DNA of 64,000 nucleotides from an uncultured Methanolinea sp. (GCA_964431125.1 CAYSII010000002.1:30301-94300), one strand, 5' to 3'. Counted from the first letter of the stretch, positions 48,603-58,044 are shown. Notes: a model not told the origin generated them from the sequence alone. Made by a program: numbers and translations.

Positions 48603-49317
48603 GAAAGTCCGTGATAAATAACTACATTATCCTCGCATGTACAGTGTGGAGCAGGGATTCTCCGGTGAAGGTATGCTTCAGTCATCTGAATCATTCGAGA
48701 GAAATAAAATCACACTATCGTCCATTCAGGGGAAAAATTCTCTCACACCGGGCATCGTCTTCATTTCCATCCCGGGTCTTCTGGAGGGGAGGAGCCCCGG
48801 ATGAGAGATGGGGGAAATGTCCGGACAGGGGAGATCCTGCTCCAGTTTCTCCTTGCAGGTCATGCATATTCCCCGGATACCCCGCATCGTTTCCCCGGGT
48901 TCCCTGTTCCTTCCGATGATATCAGGCAGTTCCTTTCCTGTTTGGTCTCATGGCTGGAGAGATCGACATCCACGTCCCAGAAAAGAACACCCTCGTGCAG
49001 GACAGGTTCACGACCGGGACATTCTTTTTGAATTTTGAGAGGATGGAGAAGAGTGGATGGAAAAGGTGAATGCACAGGGTATCTTCACTATCAGGGATAA
49101 TGGAAAGGACGTATGGGTAAAATTTACCTCTCCTGTCTACACATTCAAGGTACGTTTCCATAACCGGAATTCCCCTGCGGCAACGCTTGTCAGGGGAGAG
49201 GAAGTCATCCAGGTCGGCCCCCTGGGACTTGATACAGGAAGCACCTGAAACGGGTCCCCGTGCAGTCCCGGGGGATTCTTGCCTGGCGCCTGCACAGGAA
49301 GGAAGGGAGTTTTCCCC

Positions 49318-50127
49318 ATGCGATGGAGAAGGAAAAAATCTTTGGGCATACCGGAATCCGGAATCGCCGGAGAACCTTTCCGTTACCAGATTATCGGGGA
49401 CATCGCAGTCATCTCCCTCCCTGATACCCTCGAGGAGACTGCCCCGTCCATTTCCGGCACGATACTTGCCCGCCACCGGAATGTACACACAGTCCTCTGC
49501 AGGAAGCCCATCCCCCGCGGGGACTCCCGCGTCCCTCAGTTCGTTCCCATCCATGGAGAAGAGACAGAGACCACGTGCCGGGAATTTGGCTTCTCCTACC
49601 ACCTCGACCTTTCACGTGTCTTTTACACACCCCGCCTTGCCTCCGAGCGTGCACGAATCGCAGGTCTCATCCGGCCGGGAGAAAGAGTCCTTGTCCCCTT
49701 TGCAGGAGTCGGCCCGTTTGTCGTGCCCATTGCAGCACGCGGTGCCCGCGTTACAGCAATCGAGAACAGTCCTGCATCACTCTCGTTTCTGCGGGAGAAC
49801 TGCGAAAAAAACGGCGTCTCCCCGGCGGTCCGGATCGTGGAGGGTGATTTTTATGCAGTCGCTTCCTCCCTTCCCTGCGACTTCGACCGGGCTGTCATTC
49901 CCGCTCCCTACGGGAGGGACGATGCCCTCCTGAAGGCCGTGCCACTGGTCAGGCCGAATGGATTGCTCCATCTCTATACCTTTAAAAGGCAGAGGGATCT
50001 CGCGGGCCTCTCCACGCATTACTCAGGGTTTGGTCTCTCTCTCCTGGCTGTCCGGCGATGCGGAAACGTTGCGCCGGGAGTCTCCCGGTATGTCATGGAC
50101 CTTGCAAGGCTTTCGCAGGAACCATGA
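49318..50127 (+). CDS. Met-10+/Trm5-Taw2 family class I SAM-dependent tRNA methyltransferase/aminocarboxypropyltransferase
   Basis: YQIIGDIAVISLP, FYTPRLASER, VLVPFAGVGPFVVPIA motifs. No Trm5 D1 domain is present. SD-like GGAAGGAAGGGAG lies before ATG 49318. Confidence 0.8.
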   Translation: MRWRRKKSLGIPESGIAGEPFRYQIIGDIAVISLPDTLEETAPSISGTILARHRNVHTVLCRKPIPRGDSRVPQFVPIHGEETETTCREFGFSYHLDLSRVFYTPRLASERARIAGLIRPGERVLVPFAGVGPFVVPIAARGARVTAIENSPASLSFLRENCEKNGVSPAVRIVEGDFYAVASSLPCDFDRAVIPAPYGRDDALLKAVPLVRPNGLLHLYTFKRQRDLAGLSTHYSGFGLSLLAVRRCGNVAPGVSRYVMDLARLSQEP

Positions 50128-50306
50128 TGGACAGATGCACGGGAAAATAACGGGATCGCTCCTCCCCGCATTCTGCTTCGGTCCACACCTGCACTGCGGC
50201 GGGGAACCGGGTCTCGTGGATCATCCCTGCCAGCGCCCGGTGTTTCCGAAAAAAAAGCCTGCCCGCATCCATATCATTATCCTGTTCACAGCAGAGAGAC
50301 TCGTCC

Positions 50307-51281
50307 ATGAAACAACCAAATAACCTCCAGGTCGCACTCTTCCTTGTCCTGTCTGGAACCGGTGCATGGGCATCCTACACCCTCCACGAGATGACCGGAC
50401 ACCCGGTAGCCCTTGTCGTTGCACCTGCACTGGTCATCGCCGCCCTGTTTCTGGCAGCAGCAGTCCAGCTTGCGAACCAGTGGGAGAAAGCCGTTGTCCT
50501 GCACCTTGGAAAGTTCAGGGGACTGTATGGACCGGGAGTCTTCACGATTATCCCCCTCATCGAGACAGTTGCGTACTGGATAGACACCCGCATCATCACG
50601 ACCTCCTTCACGGCGGAAAAGACTCTCACGAAGGATACCGTTCCTGTCGATGTCGAGGCTGTCCTCTTCTGGAGGGTTGTCGACCCGGAACGGGCAGCCC
50701 TCCTCGTCGAGGACTACAAGGCCGCAGTCAGCTGGGCGGCCCAGACTGCCCTCCGCGAGGTGATCGGGAGGTCGCTCCTTGCAGAGATGCTCGAGGGGCG
50801 GGAGAAACTCGATCTCGAACTCCAGAGGATCATCGAGGAACGTGCGGAACAGTGGGGAATCCACGTCTCTTCAGTCGAGATCCGCGACGTCCTCATCCCC
50901 GCGGAACTCCAGGATGCAATGTCGATGCAGGCCCAGGCCGAGAGGGAGCGGCAGGCCCGCGTGATACTGGGCGACTCGGAACGGCAGGTCGCAGAGAAGT
51001 TCGAGGAGGCTGCCCGGACTTACCAGAACAACCCCACCGCCCTGCACCTGCGCGCCATGAACATGCTGTACGAAGGTCTGAAAGAGAAGGCAACCCTCGT
51101 CATCGTCCCCTCGACAGTGCTCGACACGATGACTCTCGGGGACACCTCCGGGATGATCGCGCTCTCCCGCACTGTCGGCGGGCCGCAACCCGGGCAATCC
51201 CCAAGGAGAGATGAAAAAAAGAAGGAACAGGAATCGAAGGCCGGAAAAGGTCCAGTGGAGTCTTCGGGTGGTGCGCTGTAA
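50307..51281 (+). CDS. SPFH/band-7 (stomatin-like, slipin) membrane protein
   Basis: Two N-terminal TMs, NQWEKAVVLHLGKFRG, TKDTVPVDVEAVLFWRVVDP, and TALREVIGRSLLAEML. Confidence 0.9.
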   Translation: MKQPNNLQVALFLVLSGTGAWASYTLHEMTGHPVALVVAPALVIAALFLAAAVQLANQWEKAVVLHLGKFRGLYGPGVFTIIPLIETVAYWIDTRIITTSFTAEKTLTKDTVPVDVEAVLFWRVVDPERAALLVEDYKAAVSWAAQTALREVIGRSLLAEMLEGREKLDLELQRIIEERAEQWGIHVSSVEIRDVLIPAELQDAMSMQAQAERERQARVILGDSERQVAEKFEEAARTYQNNPTALHLRAMNMLYEGLKEKATLVIVPSTVLDTMTLGDTSGMIALSRTVGGPQPGQSPRRDEKKKEQESKAGKGPVESSGGAL

Positions 51282-51312
51282 AACAGGTCCGAAGGGACTG
51301 TCAATCCATTTT

Positions 51313-51765
51313 TTACCTCTCTAGATTCTTGATATGGCCTGATGCGGCAAGGGAGAGACCGGGGAGGTTCTCGAGCCTGGCAATGTCCGCGATCGCCTCG
51401 AGCACGTGGACGGAGTCTTCCAGGAAAGAGAGGATATCTGCCGGGTAGATATCGATCCCGTATTCCTCGAGGAGGTACTGGCTTATCTGGCGGTGATCGA
51501 GGCCGTTCTCTCTCAGTTCGAGGATCTCCCGCGTAAATTTCCTCTCCGGGCAGCCGCAGAGAGGCGCGTCCCGGCACTTACAGCGGAGAAATGCATGGAC
51601 GAACCGGACGAGCTGGTCGTGGAGGGTATGGTCGAGCCGGTCGAAGTTGAGCCGGGACGAGACAGCCTCGAGGGTTGCCCCATGAAAGGCCTGATCAGGT
51701 ATCCGGAAACCCACGAGCCTCTCCAGTCTCCGGGCGTGCCGGAACCGGGCTTTTTCAGCTATCAC
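51313..51765 (-). CDS. hypothetical protein with CxC-x5-CxC knuckle and C-terminal HTH-like segment
   Basis: FLRCKCRDAPLCGCPE, then FTREILELRENGLDHRQISQYLLEEYG. 4-nt overlap with the upstream gene. Confidence 0.6.
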   Translation of the reverse strand: MIAEKARFRHARRLERLVGFRIPDQAFHGATLEAVSSRLNFDRLDHTLHDQLVRFVHAFLRCKCRDAPLCGCPERKFTREILELRENGLDHRQISQYLLEEYGIDIYPADILSFLEDSVHVLEAIADIARLENLPGLSLAASGHIKNLER

Positions 51766-52400
51766 ACTTCTCCTGCCTCTTCATCGAAGTTCTTGAGGGA
51801 TGAGACCGCTTCTGCCATGCTCTCGATCTCGATCAGCCACTCGTCAAAGAGCGTCGGCTGCTCGATATCGTCCTTGACGTACCTGCCACAGCAGGCAGCC
51901 CCGTCAATCACGCATGCCGCAATGTCCCCGGCGATATCGAGCGCTTTCTCCATGTCCGTTTCGACCGTTCTCCTCCCCTCTTTCACGAGTGTCTTGATAT
52001 CCTTCTGGTAATCTCCCGAGAGGAACTTCCGGCATCCTGCAAAGAGGACGAGGAGGGATAGCTGGAGAGACTCGACGTAATCCTCGAGTTCGTCTTCGGG
52101 CACCTCACCCATGACAACTGCCTCAACCTCGTTGAGCTTTTCGGTTGCCTCCTCCTTCGTGAACCGGCCGTTCTGGTAGAGCCTGATGATCTTGAGGACC
52201 GAGAGGGTGATGTCCATGGCAAAGTTATAGAGGACGTTATATCCTTCCGGCATCTCTTCGCTGCCGGGTTCTGCATCAAACCGGGACTCCCGGAGGGTTT
52301 TGATCCAGTTGTCCCACCGCTCTTTGTTATAAAATATGTAGAACAATTTGAGCGGTTCTTCATGGCTTTCTGCCTTTTCCTTCTTTTTTGCCATTGACAT
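51762..52400 (-). CDS. acidic archaeal hypothetical protein (tentatively DUF2150-like)
   Basis: The start is taken at MSMAKKKEK (GGAG 9 nt upstream). FYIFYNKERWDNWIKTL block. The track start 52577 adds 59 atypical residues. Confidence 0.6.
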   Translation of the reverse strand: MSMAKKKEKAESHEEPLKLFYIFYNKERWDNWIKTLRESRFDAEPGSEEMPEGYNVLYNFAMDITLSVLKIIRLYQNGRFTKEEATEKLNEVEAVVMGEVPEDELEDYVESLQLSLLVLFAGCRKFLSGDYQKDIKTLVKEGRRTVETDMEKALDIAGDIAACVIDGAACCGRYVKDDIEQPTLFDEWLIEIESMAEAVSSLKNFDEEAGEV

Positions 52401-52578
52401 ACAGATTTTCTCCTGCATCTTAAAGGTGTATCGGAATTGTGCGAAAAAACAACCCCTGATCGTGCGAAAAAATGGGGGATCGCCCCGGTCACGGGGAGGT
52501 GCACAACGATACTGACGGGAGATTCGGAAAATGTCTGGGAGATGTCCCGGGGATATCCCGGGGATGTCCCGGGACACA

Positions 52579-53454
52579 TCACTTCGGCGCTGTGCCTCCC
52601 TGCTTGATCACGAGAAGGGGTACCCGGGCAGTCCGTGCGACCTGTGCCGCTGTCGATCCAAGGAATCTTGGAATGAAACCTCTCACCCCGGCAGACTTCA
52701 GGATGATGAGAGAGACACCTTCTGTCGCGGCGTACCCAACAATCTCCAGTGACGGGCTGCCGACCCGCACAGCGGTATTGATGACGGCAGGGGGAGAGGA
52801 GATCTCGTTCTTCTCTCTCTCGAGTTCCAGCCATGCCGACCTGGAGAGTTCTTCGACCTCCTCCTTTGACTCCCCGTGGCTCACGACATGGAGGAGGGAG
52901 ATCCGGCGGGGCCGGGGTATTCTCTCAAGGGCAAGGGAAGTGACATCCGGGAGAGAGAAATCCGTGCAGATGAGGACATGGGAGAAAAGGTCAGAACAGG
53001 GCTGTTTATTCGTACCGGCGTCCTGGCTGCTTCCAAGGGGAGCAAGGAGGAGGTCAGTTGTTCCGTACCGGAGGATATCGTTTGCGACGCTTCCGATGAG
53101 GAGCGTCTCGATCACTCCCTGCCCCCTCCTCCCCAACACGGTCAGGGATGTGCGCTCTGCGGCTGCCACCCTGTTGACGACATCGGAGATGTTTCCACCC
53201 GTGATCTCCTCGACCTGTGTCCTGATGGAAAAATTCGTTTTTCCAAGGCCCCTTACATACTCCCCGAGCCGGAGGCGGGCGTAATCTGACTCAGGGCTTA
53301 TGAAATCGCCGGGAACCGAGGGAGTCTTCGTGTAGATCACGTGAAGGAGGATTACCTCCCTGACCGCAGGGATGTTTTTCAGGCAAGCCACAGCATATTG
53401 CGAATTCGGTGAAAAATCAAAGGGGACAAGGACCTTTTCGTACATCGTCTGCAC
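52579..53454 (-). CDS. tandem universal stress protein (two UspA domains)
   Basis: Two copies of the USP pattern (KVLVPFDFS..; LLGSVANDILR / FLGSTAAQVAR; PLLVIK). Confidence 0.85.
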   Translation of the reverse strand: MQTMYEKVLVPFDFSPNSQYAVACLKNIPAVREVILLHVIYTKTPSVPGDFISPESDYARLRLGEYVRGLGKTNFSIRTQVEEITGGNISDVVNRVAAAERTSLTVLGRRGQGVIETLLIGSVANDILRYGTTDLLLAPLGSSQDAGTNKQPCSDLFSHVLICTDFSLPDVTSLALERIPRPRRISLLHVVSHGESKEEVEELSRSAWLELEREKNEISSPPAVINTAVRVGSPSLEIVGYAATEGVSLIILKSAGVRGFIPRFLGSTAAQVARTARVPLLVIKQGGTAPK

Positions 53455-53682
53455 CTTCCGCGAAACCGTCGGAACCGGTGTAGATAGGTGGCACGGAGGA
53501 TATTTAATGGTGTCCTGAGCTTACCGGGAGATGGTGCGCTTTCCATCTGCCGCATATTGGGGCAGTTTTTTCCGGCCGGGACGATCCGTGCCCCAGAACC
53601 TGATAGGGAGATACCTTTCTCTCTCTCCTCCTGCACTCTTTATCCCCGCACAGGGAGAACGGTATCTTGGATAATTCGATTC

Positions 53683-54891
53683 ATGACAGCCCTGCCCCCC
53701 GGACCTGCCGTGATGCTCCGCTACGGCGAGGTCTTCCTCAAGAGCGAACCTGTGAGAAGGGAATTTACCGGTATCCTCATCAGGAACTGCCGGCAGGCCC
53801 TCCGCTCCATGGGTCTCTTCCCGGACGTTAAAACGGTCCGGGGCAGGATATTCTTTCTCGGGGACTCACCTCTGAAGGTGGCAGAGGTCCTCTCCCGTAT
53901 CTTTGGTGTCGTCGATGTCGCTGTCTGCACTATCACCCCTCCTGAAGTCCGTGCGGTCACAGAGGCCGCTGTTTTGCAGGCCACAAGGGCTGCCGGACCG
54001 GGCACCCGGTTTGCGGTCCGGGCGAGGCGCGAGGGAGTCAGGGGGATAACGAGTCAGGAACTTGCCGCAGGCATCGGATCTGCCGTTCTTTTGTCCTGTC
54101 CCGGGACACGGGTGGATCTCGAGAACCCGGACTACGAGATCTTCGTCGAGCTCAGGGAGTCCGGGGGTGTCGTCTACGACACGAGGATTCCTGCTCCCGG
54201 GGGTCTGCCGCTTGGATCCCAGGGAAAAGTCCTCTCCCTCCTCTCGCCCGGGATAGACTCCCCTGTTGCATCCTGGCTGATGATGAAACGTGGCTGCGGG
54301 ATTCTCTCATTCCACGTCCGGTTCGAGGAGAAGGATGGGAAAAACACCCTTTCCCCGACCCTCCGGAACCTTTCCCTCCTCTCCACGTGGTGCAGGGGGT
54401 TTCCCCTTCGCCTCATCGTGGTTGATGCATCACCTTTTTTTGAAAGGATCGCGGGGCGGGTAAATCCCCGGTTCCGGTGCGTCCTCTGCAAGAGGTTCAT
54501 GGTACGCCTCGGCAGCAGGATAGCCCTGCGGGAAGGTATCCCTGCACTCTGCACGGGGGACAGCCTTGGCCAGGTCGCTTCCCAGACCCTCCCGAACATG
54601 GTGGTCATTTCACAGGCGGCAGCAATCCCGATCCTCCGGCCGCTCATCGCGTTCGACAAGCAGGAGATTGTCACCCTCGCACGAAGAATCGGGACTTTTG
54701 ACGAGAGGCCAGGTGATCTCTCCTGCCCCTATGTACCGGCGATGCCTGCGACAGTATCGCGGGAGGAGGAGATCCGGTCCCTTGAAGAAGGACTGGATAT
54801 ATCAGCCCTCGAATCCGGGCTTATCGATCAAGCTGAAGAGTACTATGCCCTGAACGGAGAGATCCTCGAAGAGAGACCGGGACCGGAGTGA
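53683..54891 (+). CDS. thiI: tRNA sulfurtransferase ThiI (THUMP + PP-loop, no rhodanese domain)
   Basis: MLRYGEVFLKSEPVRREF, a THUMP region, PP-loop LLSPGIDSPVASWLMMKRG, and GDSLGQVASQT. Confidence 0.88.
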   Translation: MTALPPGPAVMLRYGEVFLKSEPVRREFTGILIRNCRQALRSMGLFPDVKTVRGRIFFLGDSPLKVAEVLSRIFGVVDVAVCTITPPEVRAVTEAAVLQATRAAGPGTRFAVRARREGVRGITSQELAAGIGSAVLLSCPGTRVDLENPDYEIFVELRESGGVVYDTRIPAPGGLPLGSQGKVLSLLSPGIDSPVASWLMMKRGCGILSFHVRFEEKDGKNTLSPTLRNLSLLSTWCRGFPLRLIVVDASPFFERIAGRVNPRFRCVLCKRFMVRLGSRIALREGIPALCTGDSLGQVASQTLPNMVVISQAAAIPILRPLIAFDKQEIVTLARRIGTFDERPGDLSCPYVPAMPATVSREEEIRSLEEGLDISALESGLIDQAEEYYALNGEILEERPGPE

Positions 54892-54900
54892 CAGGATCTT

Positions 54901-56157
54901 TCAGGAAGGCAGGATCCCTGTGATATTCCCGTCAGGAGAACCGCCTCCGTTTTCAGGCAATGCCGGACGAACGCCGATATAGGAACAGTATCCCCTGTGA
55001 CAGGCCAGAGCCCCGGATGTCTGGTTGTACAGGAGGTGCTGGCGGTTTCCGGTATCCATCATCCACGAGTCTATCGCCTGGGTCTCGATTCCCGGGACGT
55101 AGGCTGTCCACTGCCCGTAGAGTGTCTCGATTATGGTATCATTGAGGGAGAAACCATAATCCCTCTTCAGGGCAAGGACAGACGAGCCGGTTTTTGGGTT
55201 CGTGTAATCCAGGTACTTGTACTCATCCATGTCCCGTGCCCGGGCCAGAGCAAGTTCATATGCCCGTTCATCGAAGACAATGGGAGATCTGCCCTCGGAG
55301 ACGCGAATCCTGTTGAGGTACAGGATCGCCTGCCTGCTCTCCTCTGCAGTGGTGTTCGTCTTGAAGGTTCCCCGCACGAGGAGCTGGAACGAGCTGCCCA
55401 CCATGGTGATGATGTCCTGCAGGGTATTTCCCGCAGCGATCCGCACCCCGGGGACTGCACCAAAAACGAGCGCAGTGAGGAGAAAGAGGAAGAAGACGAT
55501 GACGAGGAGAGTCAGAACCCTCCGGGAGAGGAGGGGCTTTTTCCTCTGCCTTGCCGCCGGGATGAGGGGAGTATCCCTCTCGAACGAGTACTCCTCGAGG
55601 TGGAGACCTTCCACGATGGCATCCATGTCCTGGATCCGGAGAGTGTACCCTGAATCGACGAACCGGATCTTCTCGACGAGGTCATCAGCCGTCACGATCC
55701 TGAACCACTTGACCTTCCGGAAATCGATCTGACCCTCGGGGTACGTGCTCCCCCGGCAGAAATAGATCCACGAGGAGGTCTTCCGCAGGTTCTGCTCTCC
55801 GATGTGGGGAAAATGTTCGCGGCAGATCGGGATCATCCTGTCGATGAAGTCCTGCCTGTGTATCTTTGCCTGAAGGAAGAGGTTGGGGAGCGGTATGGGA
55901 CCGTCCTTTGTCTCCACCTCCCAGTTCCCGTTCTCGAGACCGCGGATCTCCCCGCGGAACGCCTTCAGTTCGAGGAGGATAGGACCGTTCCGCGTCAGAA
56001 TGGCACAGTCGATCTGGCTGTTGGCGACAAGGACACCGGTCAGGACATAAACCGGTTCCCCGGGGTACTCCTTCCGCAGGATGGAGACGATCTCCCGGAG
56101 CTGGCGGAACTCGTGCTCGAGCTTGATCTTCTCTCCCCTGAAAAACCGGATTCCCAT
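54901..56157 (-). CDS. NERD (PD-(D/E)xK nuclease-related) domain - TM helix - CAP/SCP/PR-1-like domain fusion protein
   Basis: N-terminal IDCAILTRNGPILLELK (D..ExK) in a NERD-like context. TM helix VLTLLVIVFFLFLLTALVFGAV. C-terminal YLNRIRVSEGRSPIVFDERAYELALARARDM..ETLYG..AIDSWMMDTGNRQHLL is CAP-like. Confidence 0.75.
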   Translation of the reverse strand: MGIRFFRGEKIKLEHEFRQLREIVSILRKEYPGEPVYVLTGVLVANSQIDCAILTRNGPILLELKAFRGEIRGLENGNWEVETKDGPIPLPNLFLQAKIHRQDFIDRMIPICREHFPHIGEQNLRKTSSWIYFCRGSTYPEGQIDFRKVKWFRIVTADDLVEKIRFVDSGYTLRIQDMDAIVEGLHLEEYSFERDTPLIPAARQRKKPLLSRRVLTLLVIVFFLFLLTALVFGAVPGVRIAAGNTLQDIITMVGSSFQLLVRGTFKTNTTAEESRQAILYLNRIRVSEGRSPIVFDERAYELALARARDMDEYKYLDYTNPKTGSSVLALKRDYGFSLNDTIIETLYGQWTAYVPGIETQAIDSWMMDTGNRQHLLYNQTSGALACHRGYCSYIGVRPALPENGGGSPDGNITGILPS

Positions 56158-56294
56158 TCCCCGTCCCCTGCCGTACCGTGTACGTTAATAGATAGATACA
56201 TCATTCGTTTTTGATATACCTTGGCAAAACCGCGCTGGCAATGCCAGCGGTTTTTTCCCTGCGAGGTGTGATACCTGGTAGAAGAGGTGGCAGG

Positions 56295-57347
56295 ATGCCG
56301 GCAGGAAAACGCGCAGGGTTCAGGGGATGGGAGGTGCTGACCATCCGTGACGACCGGGGAGTGGAGAGGCGGGCAGTTGCCCCGATCATCGTTTCTGCAA
56401 GCCGTTCCACCGATATACCGGCATTCTACGGCGACTGGTTCATCCGGAGGCTCGAGCGCGGGCATGCAGCATGGATCAATCCCTGGAACGGGCGCAAAAC
56501 GCATGTCTCCTTTGCAAAGACACGGGCAATAGTCTTCTGGTCGAAAAATCCCGGGCCATTTCTCCCCTATCTTCCAAGAATCGAGGAGATGGGGTACTCG
56601 TTCTCCTTCCTCTATACTCTCAATGATTACAGGAAAGAGAACCTCGAGCCAAACCTTCCTCCCCTTGCCGAACGGGAGAGGACTTTTCTTGAACTCTCCC
56701 GGCGCATTGGGCCGCAGAGGGTCTCGTGGAGGTACGACCCCCTCCTGCTTTCGGACTCTCTCTCGGTTGACGATCTCCTCTCGCGCGTGGAATCGGTAGG
56801 ATCGCGCCTGCACAGGTACACGACACGGCTCATCATCAGTTTCGTGGACATCGCGAGGTACCCAAGAGTCCGGCATCTCCTCTCTGCCTCCGGGCACCCT
56901 GATGTCCGGGAGCTCCTGCCCTCCGAGGTCGATTCCTTCTGTGCAGGCCTTTCAGAGATTGCCTCGGGCTGGGGGATCGAGGTCTCTGCATGCGGGGAGG
57001 AAAGAGACCTCTCCCGGTACGGGATCCACAGGGGGCAATGCATCAGTGCCGGCCAGATGAAGGACGCCTTTCCCGCAGACAAAGATCTCCTCGGTTTTCT
57101 CTTGCCCCCCCATGCAGATGATCAGTCGGGACACGGAGTTCTTCTCAAGGATCCCGGGCAGAGGAAGGAATGCGGCTGCATCCCGAGCAGGGATATCGGG
57201 CGTTATTCGACTTGCATGCACCTGTGCGCGTACTGCTATGCGAACGCGTCCCGGTCAGCAGTGGAGAGGAACCATGCGAGGCACCTTTGGCTGATGAAAG
57301 CAGGAATCGTGCCCGAGTCCATTGCCGGGACCGGGGAAGAGATTTAA
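56295..57347 (+). CDS. DUF1848-family protein (Cys-cluster, radical-SAM/photolyase-like fold family)
   Basis: IIVSASRSTDIPAFYGDWFIRRL, FWSKNP, and C-terminal CGCIPSRDIGRYSTCMHLCAYCYAN. The start is uncertain: 56295 has GGTGG 4 nt upstream, and alternatives are 56211 and 56241. Confidence 0.75.
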   Translation: MPAGKRAGFRGWEVLTIRDDRGVERRAVAPIIVSASRSTDIPAFYGDWFIRRLERGHAAWINPWNGRKTHVSFAKTRAIVFWSKNPGPFLPYLPRIEEMGYSFSFLYTLNDYRKENLEPNLPPLAERERTFLELSRRIGPQRVSWRYDPLLLSDSLSVDDLLSRVESVGSRLHRYTTRLIISFVDIARYPRVRHLLSASGHPDVRELLPSEVDSFCAGLSEIASGWGIEVSACGEERDLSRYGIHRGQCISAGQMKDAFPADKDLLGFLLPPHADDQSGHGVLLKDPGQRKECGCIPSRDIGRYSTCMHLCAYCYANASRSAVERNHARHLWLMKAGIVPESIAGTGEEI

Positions 57348-57369
57348 CCTGCCACGGCAACAGCAGAGT

Positions 57370-57888
57370 ATGCCACGACGCGAACTCCCCTCGCCCGAGC
57401 AGAGGTGGATGGCTGTCACGCGGTTCGCGACCGCCCTCCCTGTCCTCTACGATCTCCAGTTCAGGGAGAGGGTGGGCGAGGAGTACGATCTCCTCGAGCA
57501 GCATATCTGGGTCAGCCTCGCGGCAATTGTCCGGCAGTTTGCCACCGGCGCGGGCCTCCCGTCCGGCAACGCTCGGGAGATCATGGAGACTCTCGAGACC
57601 ATCTTCCTCACCTTCTTCGGGCCGGAGTTCCGGATGGAGGAGGCCCTCCTCGACGAGGAGAGAGGCGTGCTCGTCATCAAGAGGTGTCCCTTCGCCTTCC
57701 GCGAGAAGGAGATCGGAACGGGACCGGAGAACCTCCTTCCCCGGTGCCTTGCATTCGCGATTGCCATGGTCGAGGCACTGAACCCGGCCTTTACACTGCG
57801 GTTCGTGCGGAGCATGTGCATGGGGGACCGGACTTGCGAGCTGAAGATCACGAGGCGCGAGGACGCCGAGAGAGACGACAGGAAGTGA
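57370..57888 (+). CDS. hypothetical protein (possibly ATC-hydrolase-like fold; RCPF..C..MGDRTCE)
   Basis: 172-aa ORF 22 nt after DUF1848. Contains IKRCPFAF and CMGDRTCELKI motifs. The family call is tentative. Confidence 0.55.
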   Translation: MPRRELPSPEQRWMAVTRFATALPVLYDLQFRERVGEEYDLLEQHIWVSLAAIVRQFATGAGLPSGNAREIMETLETIFLTFFGPEFRMEEALLDEERGVLVIKRCPFAFREKEIGTGPENLLPRCLAFAIAMVEALNPAFTLRFVRSMCMGDRTCELKITRREDAERDDRK

Positions 57889-58044
57889 CGGTGACCATGC
57901 TGGTGAAAAAAACCCAAAAAATCCGCGATTGACCTGGCATGGTTCCTCCTCTCTTTGAAGGGCACTGATTTTTAGTACATGCAAATGGCTATCTCTTCCC
58001 GCCACACCTTCTCTGAGCAGTCCGCCATGGAGAATACAGGGAGA

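Noticed and set aside
48922-49602. 226-aa minus-strand ORF
   Set aside because: It overlaps the well-supported Trm5/Taw2-like gene in antisense for about 285 nt, and it has Gly/Arg/Pro/Ser-rich composition without motifs.
50093-50308. 71-aa minus ORF between the Trm5-like and SPFH genes, considered as a possible NfeD-like partner of the stomatin
   Set aside because: It has no TM or OB-fold-like features of NfeD, overlaps the 3' end of the Trm5-like gene, and is more likely intergenic.
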